A stretch of DNA of 61,866 bases, the filler included, from Choristocarpus tenellus KU-1152 (Eukaryota; Protista; Phaeophyceae), in the NCBI GenBank assembly GCA_964200185.2. It is 7 parts of 7 records of this genome, joined end to end, with 100 filler letters (N's around TTAATTAATTAA, not from the genome) between each part and the next. Parts side by side here need not be neighbours in the genome. Positions count along the whole stretch, not along the records: positions 1 to 15,068 come from CAXNAD020001068.1; positions 15,169 to 29,211 come from CAXNAD020001294.1; 5 more parts are not named here. The stretch is one strand, 5' to 3'. A program made the translations under genes and the position numbers. How positions within the stretch are numbered: the stretch's first letter is position 1; each line of letters begins with the position of its first letter. This document shows, in pieces, positions 11,601 to 24,900 of this stretch. The notes under the pieces were generated by a model that saw only the letters and a list, made by a program, of their open reading frames with translations, had not been told where the DNA came from and searched no databases.

Positions 11601-12622
11601 CAAATACTTTAGTGCAAGAGGTTACTTGCGATCACCACTTCATAATAGGGTAATCTAAAGCATAAACCAAAGCCTGACGGACGCTGTTCAGAGGTAGATG
11701 TCAAAGCTGAGACACACCCAACCAATCACAAAGACAAAATGGTCCAGTTCTCGCACAGCTTCACTCTTGTACAGTTTTGTATACCCCACCTCAAAAGACC
11801 TTTCGATATAGGTTGTGTTCCATCTCCCTTCACGAGAATCTCCAAAATCAAACCTTGGAAGACGAGCCCTTGCGTCATTGTAAAAACCAATTTCTTGTCC
11901 CTTCCAAAAGGAGTCGTGGTGTCATATTCCCCTACAAATGTTAACGCACGCCTCATCGTTGACCTTCTAAAACGGCAGAAGTCAAATATGACCTCATGTA
12001 CACATACCACATTCCTTCCTAGGACCACTAATGCGGACAAAACCTCGACCAATACTATTTGATTTTAACCTCACAGCCACTGTCCCATGTGTCAACACAC
12101 ATGCACGAATGCTCAGTGTAAACTCCTTCATCATTCACATCTGTAAAAGACCTCCATGAGCGAGTCAACACTATTGCGCCCTTCGATATACACATCACAA
12201 ATTTGAAGCCAACCATACAAGAAGCCACCAGGAAATGGACGTGCACCACACAAAATTGGAATGTAAAACACCACAGTCAAATCTTACCCTTGAGGTTGTT
12301 CTTGGGGAGGTTGATCTTCACCACGTACCCTTCATCATCGACTTCAACCCCGTACCACGTTGGCAGATCATCAGCATTGGAGTTCCACCCGGTATTATTC
12401 TTCCACAGATGTCCATTCGTGGAGACATAGAATTCAAGAAGAATCTCCCGTTGCGCGACTGTAGTCGAGAATCGAAGGGCAACAAGCGACAAATGCGATA
12501 CCAAATTTATTAGTTGCTGTTCTCTGTTTAGCATTTTCATTCTCAACCTATCACCGGAAACACCACGAAAACAACTCACCTGCTCTCCGGGATGATTCCA
12601 ACCTGCTAGTCGCCATCGCCAT
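2357..12622 (-). CDS. LRR-ROC-COR (ROCO) GTPase gene, brown-algal candidate immune-receptor type; ~12 exons; possibly partly degenerate
   Basis: Hand-spliced model: exon 12580-12622 (MAMATSRLESSRRA), LRR N-cap exon 12288-12458, seven 72-nt LRR exons in 6215-10117, ROC exon 4409-5481, COR exon ~3175-4130 (acceptor unclear), last exon 2357-2683 ending TGA. Phases agree at every junction that could be resolved. Confidence 0.9.
3175..4130 (-). CDS. ROCO exon: COR domain and downstream helical/C-terminal region (5' boundary uncertain)
   Basis: Long ORF (VFKRLLRTMSEFGAIF...LPAGLLGLLMARC...CWRYGASF...FPGL...LHFLCPYD...CGLDGNGY); gtaaac donor after 3175; no clean acceptor seen. Confidence 0.8.
4409..5481 (-). 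CDS. ROCO exon: LRR C-cap, ROC GTPase domain and start of COR
   Basis: NQWVSPPAEVVSRGLEAI cap; P-loop LKVVLVGEVCAGKTSL; RTSGVDV; WDFGAHKEY; VVGTHID (G4); cag acceptor at 5482-5484, gtatg donor after 4409. Confidence 0.93.
6215..6286 (-). CDS. LRR exon, last before ROC: GNIPESLGNLSALMHLDLDNNELS
   Basis: 72 nt, cag/gtgag, phase 1-1; joins in frame to the ROC exon acceptor at 5482-5484. Confidence 0.9.
6866..6937 (-). CDS. LRR exon: GRIPESLGNLSALTYLDLRRNKFSG
   Basis: 72 nt, cag/gtgag, phase 1-1. Confidence 0.9.
7515..7586 (-). CDS. LRR exon: GTIPESLGNLFSLTYLDLRINKFSG
   Basis: 72 nt, cag/gtgag, phase 1-1. Confidence 0.9.
8105..8176 (-). CDS. LRR exon: GTIPQSLGNLSALTHLDLDNNELSG
   Basis: 72 nt, cag/gtgag, phase 1-1. 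Confidence 0.9.
8753..8824 (-). pseudogene. LRR exon with mutated donor (TT instead of GT): GPIPESLGNLSALTWLDLDNNKFS
   Basis: 72-nt open LRR with a tag acceptor. The plus strand reads ctcaac (8748-8753) where the six sister exons read ctcacc, so the donor is ttgag. Confidence 0.75.
9406..9477 (-). CDS. LRR exon: GSIPESLGNLSALTKLYSGVNKFNG
   Basis: 72 nt, cag/gtgag; Ser at a consensus Leu position of LxLxxN. Confidence 0.85.
10046..10117 (-). CDS. LRR exon, first in transcript: GPIPESLGNLSDLMHLNFKYNILSG
   Basis: 72 nt, cag acceptor, gtgag donor, phase 1-1, 24-aa plant-specific-type LRR. Confidence 0.9.
12288..12458 (-). CDS. ROCO exon 2: LRR N-terminal cap plus first partial LRR
   Basis: cag|..|gtaag, 171 nt, phase 1-1; AQREILLEFYVSTNGHLWKNNTGWNSNADDLPTWYGVEVDDEGYVVKINLPKNNLKG matches the W..W...W.GV.....V..L.L..NNL.G cap pattern. 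Confidence 0.9.
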
Positions 12623-12879
12623 GACCGCCCGTGAACGAAGACAATCACACGCCCCAGGACGACAACAAATGCAATTTGTGTATAATCTACTTGTTGGATT
12701 TACCTCTTTGGCACGTGATAACCATCTACCATCGATGAGTGAGTGTCGTGTGATAGGTAAGATGAAAAATTCGTCACTGAAAGATGAATTGCCAAGACAA
12801 AAATTATATATTAAAAATAATAATATTTCAATCCTCCAAACTCTCTACAAACACCTCACCTCTCCAACCAAAGGGAAAG

Positions 12880-13830
12880 TTTATGAAGTAATAAGAGTTT
12901 TGTCGAATATATCAAGGAGGGAAGGAAGAGTTCAGATTGAGGGGTTAAGAAAATAGGTGGCAGATGGAGGCACAAGGGGAGAAGGAATGAACAGTATTGA
13001 ATTGAATGAGGAATCCTGAGGCTGGGGGACAAGACGAGGAGGGCTAGATCAAGAGGACCCCCGAATAAGCTTTCGTCGGAATGGATCAAGGAAGAACCAG
13101 AGAAATCTTCCCTACACTTGAAAGAGGGAAGGGCCATGTGGAAAAGACGGGGATGCGTGAGAACAAAATATACAAATGGTAGGGAATAGCTCACAAGGTA
13201 AGGAGGGCGATGACAGTGACGATGAAAAACATGGTACATAATTGTTGGGCAGGAATGGGACATGTGTAGTAAGTGAGAGATTCAGAAACAATGTAAGGGG
13301 TACCCGGGAAAATCCATAGAAGAAGAAATTACGAAGGACGGTCCACGATGTTATCGATGTTATGGTGGAGTGAAACAGGATAAACGCGTAAATGACGAAT
13401 CGGGCCGATTCCGACGGTAATGGTCTTGGCAGAGAGGGGAGTACATGTTAATACTGCAGGATACAAACAATATTTTATAGGTTGGTGCATATAGCAGGAC
13501 GGGAAACGGTTGAGGGCCCTGCCAGAGTGACAGTGTAAGGGTAGTTGAGGACGAATAGTAGAGTTCGCCGTTTATGTCGCTAACATGTTTATCCCATGAA
13601 GTTCACGACAAAAAGAGAAACGATAATGGGTCAGGGTAGATGTAGTGTACCTGCGACAATCGGGTAAAGTACAGTTTAGATATGGCTTGAAATGTAGAGC
13701 TGGGGCAGATATCAGGTCTATATCGATCGGCGATGAAGTACGTGGGTTGTCTTCCGCTGCCGATATGGGCCAACCCAACCCATATGGCAAGAAAAATAGA
13801 ACAGCGTGGGTGCATTATAGGATGATGTAG
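12880..13830 (-). mobile_element. Probable degraded DIRS/Ngaro-type retroelement fragment (RNase H end followed by tyrosine recombinase)
   Basis: Frameshifted motifs in the expected order: AHIG...IADR (RNase H end), PSSTFQAISKLYF, STIR, WTVLRNFFFYGFSR (cf. W.A...AFFGFLR), PSLFQV.GRFL, HSF, YIR. Many stops and indels; recognised by eye only. Confidence 0.4.
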
Positions 13831-15068
13831 GGGGGACCACCCCAGACAAGGGTCACGCACGGAAGGTAAGAGGCTAGTAATGAAACATTTAATTAGGCAT
13901 AGATCCCTGTGAATCAACGGTTATGTCAATATGAGTAGTCACATATATATATATTATGTAGCATAGCCACAAGTTGGGAGAGGATTTGGTACAAAAAATA
14001 AAGAAAATTGAAAACCTGTATAGATAGGAGGACTGAATGAAGGACGTGGTAGTTGGGGGGGTTTTCTTAAGTGTAGTGACCGCCACGAAAGTAGGTGGAG
14101 ATAATTTCAAAGTACTGAAGGAGGACACGTTGTAGGTGGGGTTTGGAAGTGGAGTGAATGCTACAAAAGTAAGAATTGGGGATTGTGAGTAGATGTTCAG
14201 TTGGAGAGATGATTAAAAACGAGGTGCGATGGTTAAAAGGGATTGGGAGAGAGCATCATATTGGAAAATACGGAGGTAATGAAGAGTACACCAATATAAA
14301 GAAGGGGGGAGAGGAATGATTAATCGTAGCTCCTGCACAGCCCTGTGTAAAAATTTGAGATGACCTTGTGAATAAAGGGCTACTGCTCACAAGCGTAGGC
14401 ATTTGAGGGCTAACCCTAAGGAAGTTTCGGGGGCATCGTTCTACATTACTTATCAAATCACCACAATGAAAGAATGTGATTAAAGAAGGGGCAGTGCCTA
14501 ATAGTGGGATAATCAGTTTAAGTCAATAAAAGGGGTGGGGGGTGGGGGGTGGGGGAGAAATTCAGGTCACATTAGTGGGGAAACCACCCTGCTTAAAAAT
14601 GTGAGAGGACCTTGTGGATAAGGCGCTACTGCTTACAATGGTAGCATCAATTTCTACATATTACAAAAAAAAATCACCATAATGCAAGAAAGTGAAAGAA
14701 AGAAAAAAATAAGAGAAGGGTTCATGGCTTATGAGTAGGATAATCAGTTCAAGTCAATAAAAGGGGTGGGGGGGGAGAGAGATTCAGGTCGCAAAAAAAA
14801 AGCAGATATGATGGTAGGGCATGGACGTCTCCAACAATTTGAGTTGCGCAAGGAGTGGAAATGGATGTGTTCAATTGAAAGGAAGATATATGAACAATAG
14901 GTGGCAGGTCTCTCATTATAAATTTTCTTTTTTTAAAGATACGTACTTGTGTATTCATTTTTTTATGTTCAGGAAGATGCAGATTACTTAGATGAGACCT
15001 GAATATATCAGAAAAGTGCGCACCTTGTTGGTCGTAAGTACATAATGTAGCGATGAATGTCCCATGTC

Positions 15069-15168
15069 NNNNNNNNNNNNNNNNNNNNNNNNNNNNNNNN
15101 NNNNNNNNNNNNTTAATTAATTAANNNNNNNNNNNNNNNNNNNNNNNNNNNNNNNNNNNNNNNNNNNN
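15069..15168. other. Artificial contig linker (also 29212-29311, 38996-39095, 46121-46220, 48933-49032, 55061-55160)
   Basis: Identical N44-TTAATTAATTAA-N44 spacer with stops in all six frames. Confidence 0.98.
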
Positions 15169-15948
15169 GGGGGGGGGGTACATATGACTTCAAGGTAAGT
15201 AAAGTGGGAGGGTGTAGAGGCAGGGGAAGGAGAAGGATGGCACAATGTGAACAGACTGGTTCAAGAACTAATTTCATGTACATATTATATTTATACTTAT
15301 ATTTGTAGACTCTGTACATAAAATGCTCTTTGTCTAAGAGTCTTGGACAAGAGTATTGTCACAGTCCAAGGTTGAAAAAATCGTGTAATATAATTATTTT
15401 GCTCAGATATTCTTCGACAAGAATACCATCTAAAAACAGCCCTAGATAAAAAACAGGCCATTGCTGTCTGAAGTATGGTTAATTCAACAGCACCAACAAG
15501 ACCAAAATAATATGTTCAAAATGATATGTAACGCTTACTGGCAGCCATGAAATGAATACAATTGGGCAAGGTCAGTTGGCGATTGCCACCATGAAAAACC
15601 AACAAATTTACACAACACTACAACATTGTAAAAAAGGGGTTTTCAAGAAATATCAGGCATGTCCCCTCATTGCGCCCACCAAAAGTAACCCAGTGAGACA
15701 TTGCTTCCTGAGGCGTTTTTGGTGGCTATCATGTCAACTTAAGAGCTTAATCCAAGGGAAGTATTCGTAAGAACATTGACATACACAGCAAGTCTTCTGT
15801 TGGTGACAACAGCTCTCATAAAGTAAACTGTGCCACATCACCATAGCACAGAAGACGAAATGAATGAGACCTGTGAAGGTCATACGCCTCCCTCAGCTTG
15901 TGGGAGGAGCTGACCCTTTACTATGTATCGCTTGTCTGGCTCACTCAC

Positions 15949-18900
15949 CTCAACACTGGTCGAGGAGGAGCCTTACGCATGCTTTCCATTCGAATGCGTT
16001 CCCTCTCAATCAACTGTATACAGCATGTAAGGACTAGGGTTAGGGCTAGGACTGGGGCTAGGGCTAGCTAGGTGAGGTTGAGGTAAAAAAAAAAATGAAA
16101 TGTAGAGGATGTGTCTGCATAGTATACTGGGATACTAATGCTTTATTTCATGTTTGCTGTAATTTGAAAGTCCAGTATCAACTTAGATGGAGTGAACCCA
16201 ATGTACACAGGGCAGTCAAGGTCAAGGTCCACAATGCATACTCAACAATATAAACAATGATAATGTTGTGTTCATAGGAAATGTTACAAAAGAAATGGAT
16301 GCATCCCATTGGCTCACTGCAACATAGAGGCAAATCCATCCAATTGGTCGAAATGTTGCTTTCTTGTAGTGTCATGGATCGTAGCAATTGAATAGCAGTG
16401 ATTTGACTAAACTGCAACGAATCACTATTGAAAAATGAGGGACAATCCTTAATCGCTTCTTTTTTGCACAAGCACATGGTACACCATATATTCACAGAAA
16501 TAACCAAATAAACAAGCCTCAATTGGTGCACTGGTTGTACATTTCAAGAAAAATCGAGTACAATGAAGTTTCTTGCATATTTATCTTTTTCTCACAATTG
16601 CTCATCACTCACAACCCTAACCCTAACCTTTGGATACTACCACCCTCATTAATACAGCATCAACATCACTACTGTAAACTATGAATATGCATGTATGTAT
16701 AGAAGGAGAGATCTAAAAAAAAAGTTATTTTTGGAAGTACATTGCACCTGAGCCTGCCCCCAAGCCCCTCTCCCCATATCCGTCTTCCTCCTAGCCTTTG
16801 CCCCTGCCCCAGACTCCTCAAATGGACGGGGGAGGGCAGCAACCTCCTTGAGAAGATTCAGGTTCACATTCAGGTCAGAGCTACCTGACACATGATAGAG
16901 CAATTGCAAGCAAAGACAGCAAGGAGGAAGGCGTGAGTAGAGTGTCAGTGACAAAAAAGGTACTGTGTATGGTGAGGATAGATCCTGTCACTTGAGTTGG
17001 TGGGATGGTCCGAGGTTCGGAAGAAGAACTGCTCCTGGTCCAAATAACTCGCCTCGTACTCATAGTAGCCTGGTCCAAACAAAGGACCACTATGGATTGA
17101 AATCTTGAACATAGGTACACACCCCCCACCCCCCTCAAACCACCATGAGTGAGAACTTACACAGATTTTTCTAAAGTAGGAATGTTCTCCCTCAACAATA
17201 ATGCTACGAGGCCTAGCTTGGCTGTCATATTTTGTCAATATATGCGGTATATGTGGTATATGTGGCACACCATGAAGTGCTGCAATGTGTGTAATAGTAT
17301 ATTGTGTTCCAGATTTTTTAAATGCATGAGTTTTCATAAGAATTGCTTGAAACAATTCCATCTATTCCACTGAACTCAAATCAACCTGTGCGCTGTGAGG
17401 AGGTTCAAAGCAAATTATGCAGCATCAATACACACAAGAGAAACATGAAAAAAAAAGCTTTTTATTGTAATTTGTTGCTCAAGCTATTTGTAGGTAGGAA
17501 ATATGACTGACTTGTCACAAGGACAGTGCATGCTGCTACTCTCTCTAGACAGATTTTTCCACACGGCAGTACTATGTCATTTTGAAGGGGTACTATGTCA
17601 TGTTGAAGGGGTACTGTGTCATTTTGAAGGGGTACTATGTCTTTTTGAAGGGGTAATATGTCATTTTGAAGGGGTACTGTCTTTTTGAAGGGGTACTATG
17701 TCATTTTGAAGGGGTACTATGTCTTTTTGAAGGGGTACTGTGTCATCTTGAAGGGAAAATTTGTGAACACCCTCACCCTATGCTTCTCTTTCATGGAGAG
17801 TGTTATCCTCGGTTATTTGCCTTACCCCTACTAAGGTTGAACATGAGGTACAGTCGAGGTTATTGAGAGAATAGTTGCTAATTAAAAAATTAACCTGACT
17901 GAAGAGGTGTGGTTGACATCATTAGTAATTTACATTAGTAAAAAGCAATCTATGTAACAACAGCAACTACATGCCTTCCAATCCCCTAAAACCCCGAATC
18001 ATTTTTTTCTTCAAGAAACTAGATAAACCACATATATACATTAATACTATACACAATAATAACAGCCCTACACCAGTATTCAAAAGAAGGTGCTTTTGGG
18101 GGTGGGGTAAGTTGTTCATGCCTATCCAAGGACTATATTCCCACTTTCCACCAAGAAACTGAAGATTGAAGATTGAAGATTGCACAACCTAATACGACAT
18201 CTACGACAGTGTCAAAAAATATTTGAGTCAGTAATATGCACATACCAGGCCACCAACATCAAATATCATAACCATACTTGTCCAGCACCAGATAGCCAAG
18301 TAAACCACAACTCTATAGTACAAACTCCCAGACACACCTACCTTTAAATAGTTGCTGCGCCCTCTAAAAAAGTCATTGTTCCTAGAAAACCTTCCCCCAC
18401 AAAACCCACAATACCAGAAATGACATCTCACATCTCATATCCCACCCAGCACAATGGAATGCTTGCATAACACAACCTTCTCATCTTGGGGTTTTGCACA
18501 ATGAAGGATGTTTTGGACAACAAATGGCATAAGATAAATGACATAAACTCAACCATTTTCTGAGCAAGATTTGTTATAGAGCAAACAAACTTGGGAGTTA
18601 CATGGACATCAGGCCTTACGGAGTAACTGGCCTCCAAACCTTGTGATAGATAATGTCTGATAGATAATGGAGATGTTATAGGCTGCATATGTTTGGTCAA
18701 ACATTGTACTGGAATGCTAGCATTGAGTGTAACATTGTCTGAGGTGTGATAGGTGTGAAGTCATACGCTGTTGCCAACAGAACTCACCAGTTGTGTCCAA
18801 ACATGCATCAACATCCTTCTCCTCAAAACCCATCTCCATCAATTTTCTCCTTGCTACCGATGTCCCATCTAACCCCACATCATCATCTGTCCGTTCCGTT

Positions 18901-21900
18901 TTGGATAGCAGTATGGGTGATGCCTTCACAGACTGCAGACTGTTGCTAACAACATCCAGCAAGTCACTCACAAACCTCACCTGCTCCTGTGAGTTCAGGG
19001 GGGGAGAAGAAGGATATACCAGTCACAAATGTTACAGTCCCTATCTTAACTTCAAATTTCTATTGATCAGAAAGGGTATATAACATGATAAAGGATACTC
19101 CATGGCACTCTGCACACTACAGGGTCATCACGTAGTTGACTTTGAGCAGACATATCAAACTTACTTATCAAACTTGGTATCCATTAAATGTATATCTTAT
19201 CACCAGAAATATGTAGAAACGTAAGCACGGATCCTTTGAGTCCTGCCCAGCAGATCAAACAGTGACTTGTGACACCATGTCTATGTACCCCTCTAACAGA
19301 AACAAATGATTAACAACGGTACCATGTTGATCCTCTAACCCTAAACCTAACCCTAACCCTAACTCCTAGCCAATACATGTCTGACCTTTCAAAATCAAAA
19401 CACTAACTCTAACATCTTAATGGGTGCTTGCAAAAATAGAAAAAAAGAGAACCAACTACCTTGGGTATATGGCATCACGTATTTTGTGGTGATGAAAAGG
19501 ACTGACCAATGAGAAGGCTCCACATAAAAAATCTTTCTCCTGACCTATTTCAAATGCCAGATATAGCTCCACAAAGAAAGCACCCAAACCAAACCAAGAC
19601 TAGAGGCATATAATGTGCTGCAGTCATTTGTCTCATCTCGTACTTGACAAAACAAGGTACAAGTAACATGCATATAACGTACACGACACCTCCCTCTGCC
19701 TATGCCCTCATATAAATGGATGTCCTCATTCCCATTAAAAAAGACTTAATGAAGAGCTTGCCTCCAAACGTCGCCTACTCCATGAAACTCATGTCAAGTG
19801 TACACTTGGTAAAAATGTACGTCCTGATGTCCTCATGCAGAACCAACGCCAATATATTTGAATCTTTCCTCTTACTCAAGTTCAAGCAGTCCTCATCCAA
19901 TTTTGTTCTCAATAAAGAGAGGCATCATTTATCTCTCCTCCTTGTCGGGTTGATGTCTCTTGTCCTTGGGAAATGCCAGCACACAACATCAACATCAACT
20001 CCCAGGGCTGAACCTCTTATTCATACAACATTCACACAAGATTTAATTTTTTCTATACAGAAAATAACAAAAATATCTCAACAGCAGAGAATAGGAAGAG
20101 TTCCACACCATTTTGAAAAACAGGTGAACACTAATAAAAAATGAGGTACAAGAAAAAAACTCTCTTTTTTGTAGACCATGGAAATGTTTTTTAAATCAAT
20201 ACTACTGCACCTCAGATCCAATCGATGATTTTAAAAAGCAGGTCTAATAATAATGAAAATCAATCAATAGATAACAAAAGGTTAGTACAGGATAACAAAA
20301 GCATTGAAATATATTGCATCACAGTAAAAAATAGGTTCAAAAGTTATGTATCTTATGTGTCTATGTATTAAATTACAAAAATAATCTCTCATTTCAATAC
20401 TCAGCCTACAGTTCAGTGTAGAGGTACACTCAAACCCTACAAAGGGTCGGTCTTTCATTGGGGAGCAAAAAACATCTTCATTTTAACCATTTGAGAAACA
20501 TACTGAAACCATTGCTGTTGATACCATCATTACAAGTGCTTCTAAGAATTGAAAATCTGAGAAACAAAAGAAGGGGTATATAATCAGTGTCCTGAAATAT
20601 TGTAAAATGATAACTGATAAAGATTTGATAAACCTACTACCATAATTATTACTATTATTTTGTTACTACCACATTTATTACTATTCTTATTATTCCAAAA
20701 TGGTGAAGATAATGACAAGCATTGTCCACATTCTTTTTCATATATATATATATTTTATATTTCCATCGACAAGAACAACCCTAACCCTAAACCTAATGAT
20801 TACTCTCACAAGAAAAGCCTACGGGACCCACTGAGTGAATGACCATCTTCATCTTCATGCTAGTCTGCCTATCTGACTGACCTCTTTTGAGATGGCGGTG
20901 AATGGAGGAATGTGCACAAACAGACAATGGTGCTTTGGTCCCACTTGGTTCTGACCATTGTCTCCCTCCTGCACCCCCTTGTGTTTTGATGACTCAAACT
21001 TGTGGCATAGTAGGAGCGACTTGTAGTACCTGAAACATGAAAATAAAAATAATACAAGAGGGGTTAGGGTTAGGGTTAGGGTTCGAGGTTGTGCAAGGTA
21101 CAGTAGAAACACTAGTTTACTAGCTACTTTGACACAAATCCTTGTCCTGACACTCATCCAGGTCGGGTACCACAAAAAGAGTAACAAAATTTGAAAAATA
21201 AACCCATCCATCCATCCATCCCTCGCAATTTTGATCCAAAAGAATCAAAGTTTATTAAAAATAAAGGCATCATTGCCATCGCCCCTCTGCTCAAAATAAC
21301 AAAGTGATACAGTTTGGACTCTTGAAAAGACAAGAAAACAAAATATAAAAAAGAAATACCACATTAACAAAAAGTTCTTCAATAAGTGTGTCCATGTACC
21401 TCATAACTACCCCTAACCCTACCCATCAAAAGTAAAAGCTACCGATACACTCAAGGCTACCACAATTAGCTGTATGTCATTGTCAAAAACTTAAAAAAAA
21501 TGTCAGGAGAGATCAATCAGCATGGCAATAGAAAGAGAAAGGGATTCAGTCAGAACATTCTTGACTGGCAACAAACGGAGCTCAATTACTGAAACTGTAT
21601 TACCAATATGGTCACATAACCACATGTAACCACATTAACCACTTAACCACTGATGCATGACGGAGCTATTTGTCATCCTTACACTCCTCACAGCCAAGAA
21701 ATGCGTTCAGGATTAATGGAATATCAGAAGAATATTATCTTCTGAAACAAGACAGAATGGCAGATACCATGGTTGACACACATCAAAAAGGTTCAAAAGA
21801 GGAACCATTACATACCATACCTTGTAAGGTAAGAAAGAGGTTTATCACAATTACCACTATCAGTACTCTAAAGTTAGGGTTAGGGTTAGGGTTAGCCTGA

Positions 21901-24900
21901 CAGCAGGAGGTAAAACCTCACAAGCCTCTCTACTGTACTCCACAAACACCCCTCAAATCTAGATCTAGAAAGGGAAAACTATTGTAAGGGTTAGGGGTAC
22001 ACTGACAAAAACAGCAAATACAGAAAATCATCATCACATTCCTGGTCTTAAAAGAAGACAATTGCCAAAACCCATCACAGGCATCCCCTCCAACACCACC
22101 AAATCAAATTAGGGTTAAAATCAAATTTAGTCTATCTATTCTACTCTATACCGCCCATTGTAAAACTGTCATAAACACCTTCCCAATGTAATGCCCTTTA
22201 CGTATGTCCTTTACATCCAACAATCTGCTTGAACAGCTGCTGCATGTTAACAGAGGAACCTCTATAAAACTATTATAAAACTGGGCCAACGGGTTGATGT
22301 ATGTTAGAGCTCTGCTCACAATGCTCATAATGCACATTAAAAAATTGACAAAACTTTTCTGCCAGAGCTAGATGGTCCTAATTTCAACAATTTCTTGGAT
22401 GTGGCTGAGAGAAAAAAAAGTTAAAAAACATTTCATACTAAAAAAATGAGTGAAAAGTTCCAAAAGTCACATGTACAGAATGAAGTAGGTCATGAATCAT
22501 CAAACCGCAGAACTCAGAGACATCAGACAGTGACAAGCAACAAGTTACCACATCATATTTATATCAATAAGTTATCACACCACATTTATATCAATAAGTT
22601 ATCACATCATATTTATATCAACAAGTTATCACATCATACTCATATCAACAAGTTATCACATCATACTCATATCAATAAGTATCACATCATACCCATATCA
22701 ATAAGTTATCACATCACCTTTATATCAATAAGTATCACACCACATTTATATCAATAAGTAATCACATCATATTTATATCAACAAGTTATCACATCACCTT
22801 TATATCAATAAGTATCACATCACATATATATCAATAAGTTACCGTGTTCATATGCGTAAGGCATATTGAGTAACATATATATATACTCATGCATTGCACT
22901 TGGTATTATGAGAGCAAAGCAAAACAAGCACTCTTGAATTACTGTACTTGCTTACATTCTTGTTCCAATAGCATATCAATACTATCTGAAGTATTAAATG
23001 TTCAGAATAAGCATTCATATTTTCTTAGTTTAATAACTATTGTTCTTATTGTTCTTGTAATTATTATTTTATTTATTATATTAACATCGCCAACCTGCAA
23101 TAAAACTGCTTTCAAGGACAAGGCTAGAGTATGTATGATGCACTCACTGCAAAAGATAAGATACTCCAAAGGAAATCAACAAATCACACCATTCTCGGAA
23201 GTATTTTAAAAAAACATATTCACAAGTTCAACTTCAAGGGGGAGGCTAGCAGTGTACACATATCCATACATACACATAGACACATATAGATACATATATT
23301 GTTATATTCATAGAGCTTGTCATGATTGTCGAGTGGTTTGTGTTAATACAGTAATCACAGCAAATACCCCAAGTTCAAAATGTTGAGGACTGCAATTAGA
23401 GTGAATGTATCTTAGGGGGTATGGGTTTTTCCCTGTTTGTTCGTTTGGGGCTTGACTTCCCACAGGGTTTTTTTTTTACAACATTTTACCTACTCCGAAA
23501 TGTTTTGGAGTAGGTAAATTGTATTTGTTATGAAAAGTGTGTCCGGAACAAGGGTACTGACACATCCTAACAAATATGATAGCTAAAATTACATGAAAAA
23601 CGCAATAATGGATTTTGGCCCCAAACGGACGCAGCTGTACCCTCTAAAAGATACTTAGGGTTAGGGTTAGAAAAAAAGATACATTGACTCATATACAGAA
23701 TAAAATTACTACTTAGAAGTAGTAACGCCATTCTTAAATAATACCAATGATATTCATAGTATTGATAGGAGGATAAACAAGTATAAACTACAAATGTTGC
23801 TCTAAATTATAAAATAAATTATACATAAAACTATAGTCCCAGTATGTCTGTCTCACTTATCACAAAAAAAAATGTACTGTAAATTAAATTTATAAAATTA
23901 TTATTTACTATTATTTACTATTGACTGTACTATGATAATAAAAAGGATACCCTGAAAAAAAACAATCAGATATGATTACTACTGTTTGTCAGGTTAAGAA
24001 GTGCAGCACTCACTAACTAATCACTTACAGGAAATTACAAACGTAGCGACCTGGATCATCCGAATCCTCAACCCGATCACCCCAACCCAGTGTCCTCAGG
24101 CTGTCCAAAACATCCGTCACATTGAGATCTGTAGTCTGAGCAAAGGGGGGGAAAGGTCATGTGGCACACAAGAACACTCTGTTTTGTTGATATTGCCAAA
24201 AAACATCATCATAATTTTCATCACTAGATTTACTCTTTTCATTATCTTTATTAGTATTACTATTGTCATTACTATCATTAATATTACAATTGTCATTACT
24301 ATCACTAGTATTACTATTATCTTTATTTTTAGTATCATTACTATTACTATTGTCAATACTATCATTACTATTACTATATCTTTATTATTATTATCATTAG
24401 TATTACTATTGTCATTACTATCACTAGTATTACTATCTTTATTATTATTATCATTAGTACTACTAATGTCATTATTGTCATTATTATTATCAGGCACGAT
24501 ACACTAATGGTAATTATCTAAAAAAGTACTCATGGAGGGGGAGGATAGGAGAGGGTGACATGAGTATCTCTTGTTGCTTAGAAAAAATAAATGCCTTGAT
24601 TGTTTTGTTAGGACCCCCATTGCCCACGTAGGAGGCTCTATGGTGACTGATAAATCAATCTTACCAGCTATCACCCTTCCCAAAGAGATACCTACAACCT
24701 GATAATCCACTACCTATGTGCACATAGTGTATGTATGTAAATATGCAATATATATATAACATAATGGTCAATGAACTACTGTTCTCCATTACATGTACAT
24801 TGCATGCTTACAGTTAATTGAGGTCAAGGTTAGGGCTAACCTTAACCCTAACCCCTAGTGTGCATAGAATGTAGTGTGTGTGGATGCACTGAGTATCAAT

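Noticed and set aside
10408-12287. Possible recombinase or nested gene in the long unique ROCO intron (ORFs 11726-12062)
   Set aside because: No recognisable motifs; short overlapping ORFs on both strands.
15069-15168. Recurrent TTAATTAATTAA palindrome
   Set aside because: Artificial linker. For the same reason no functional linkage between ROCO, the peptidase, tRNA-Sec and PWWP genes is claimed.
17503-17866. Repeat proteins (HFEGVLC)n, and (INKLSHHIY)n at 22446-22757
   Set aside because: Translations of intronic minisatellites; no spacers, so not CRISPR.
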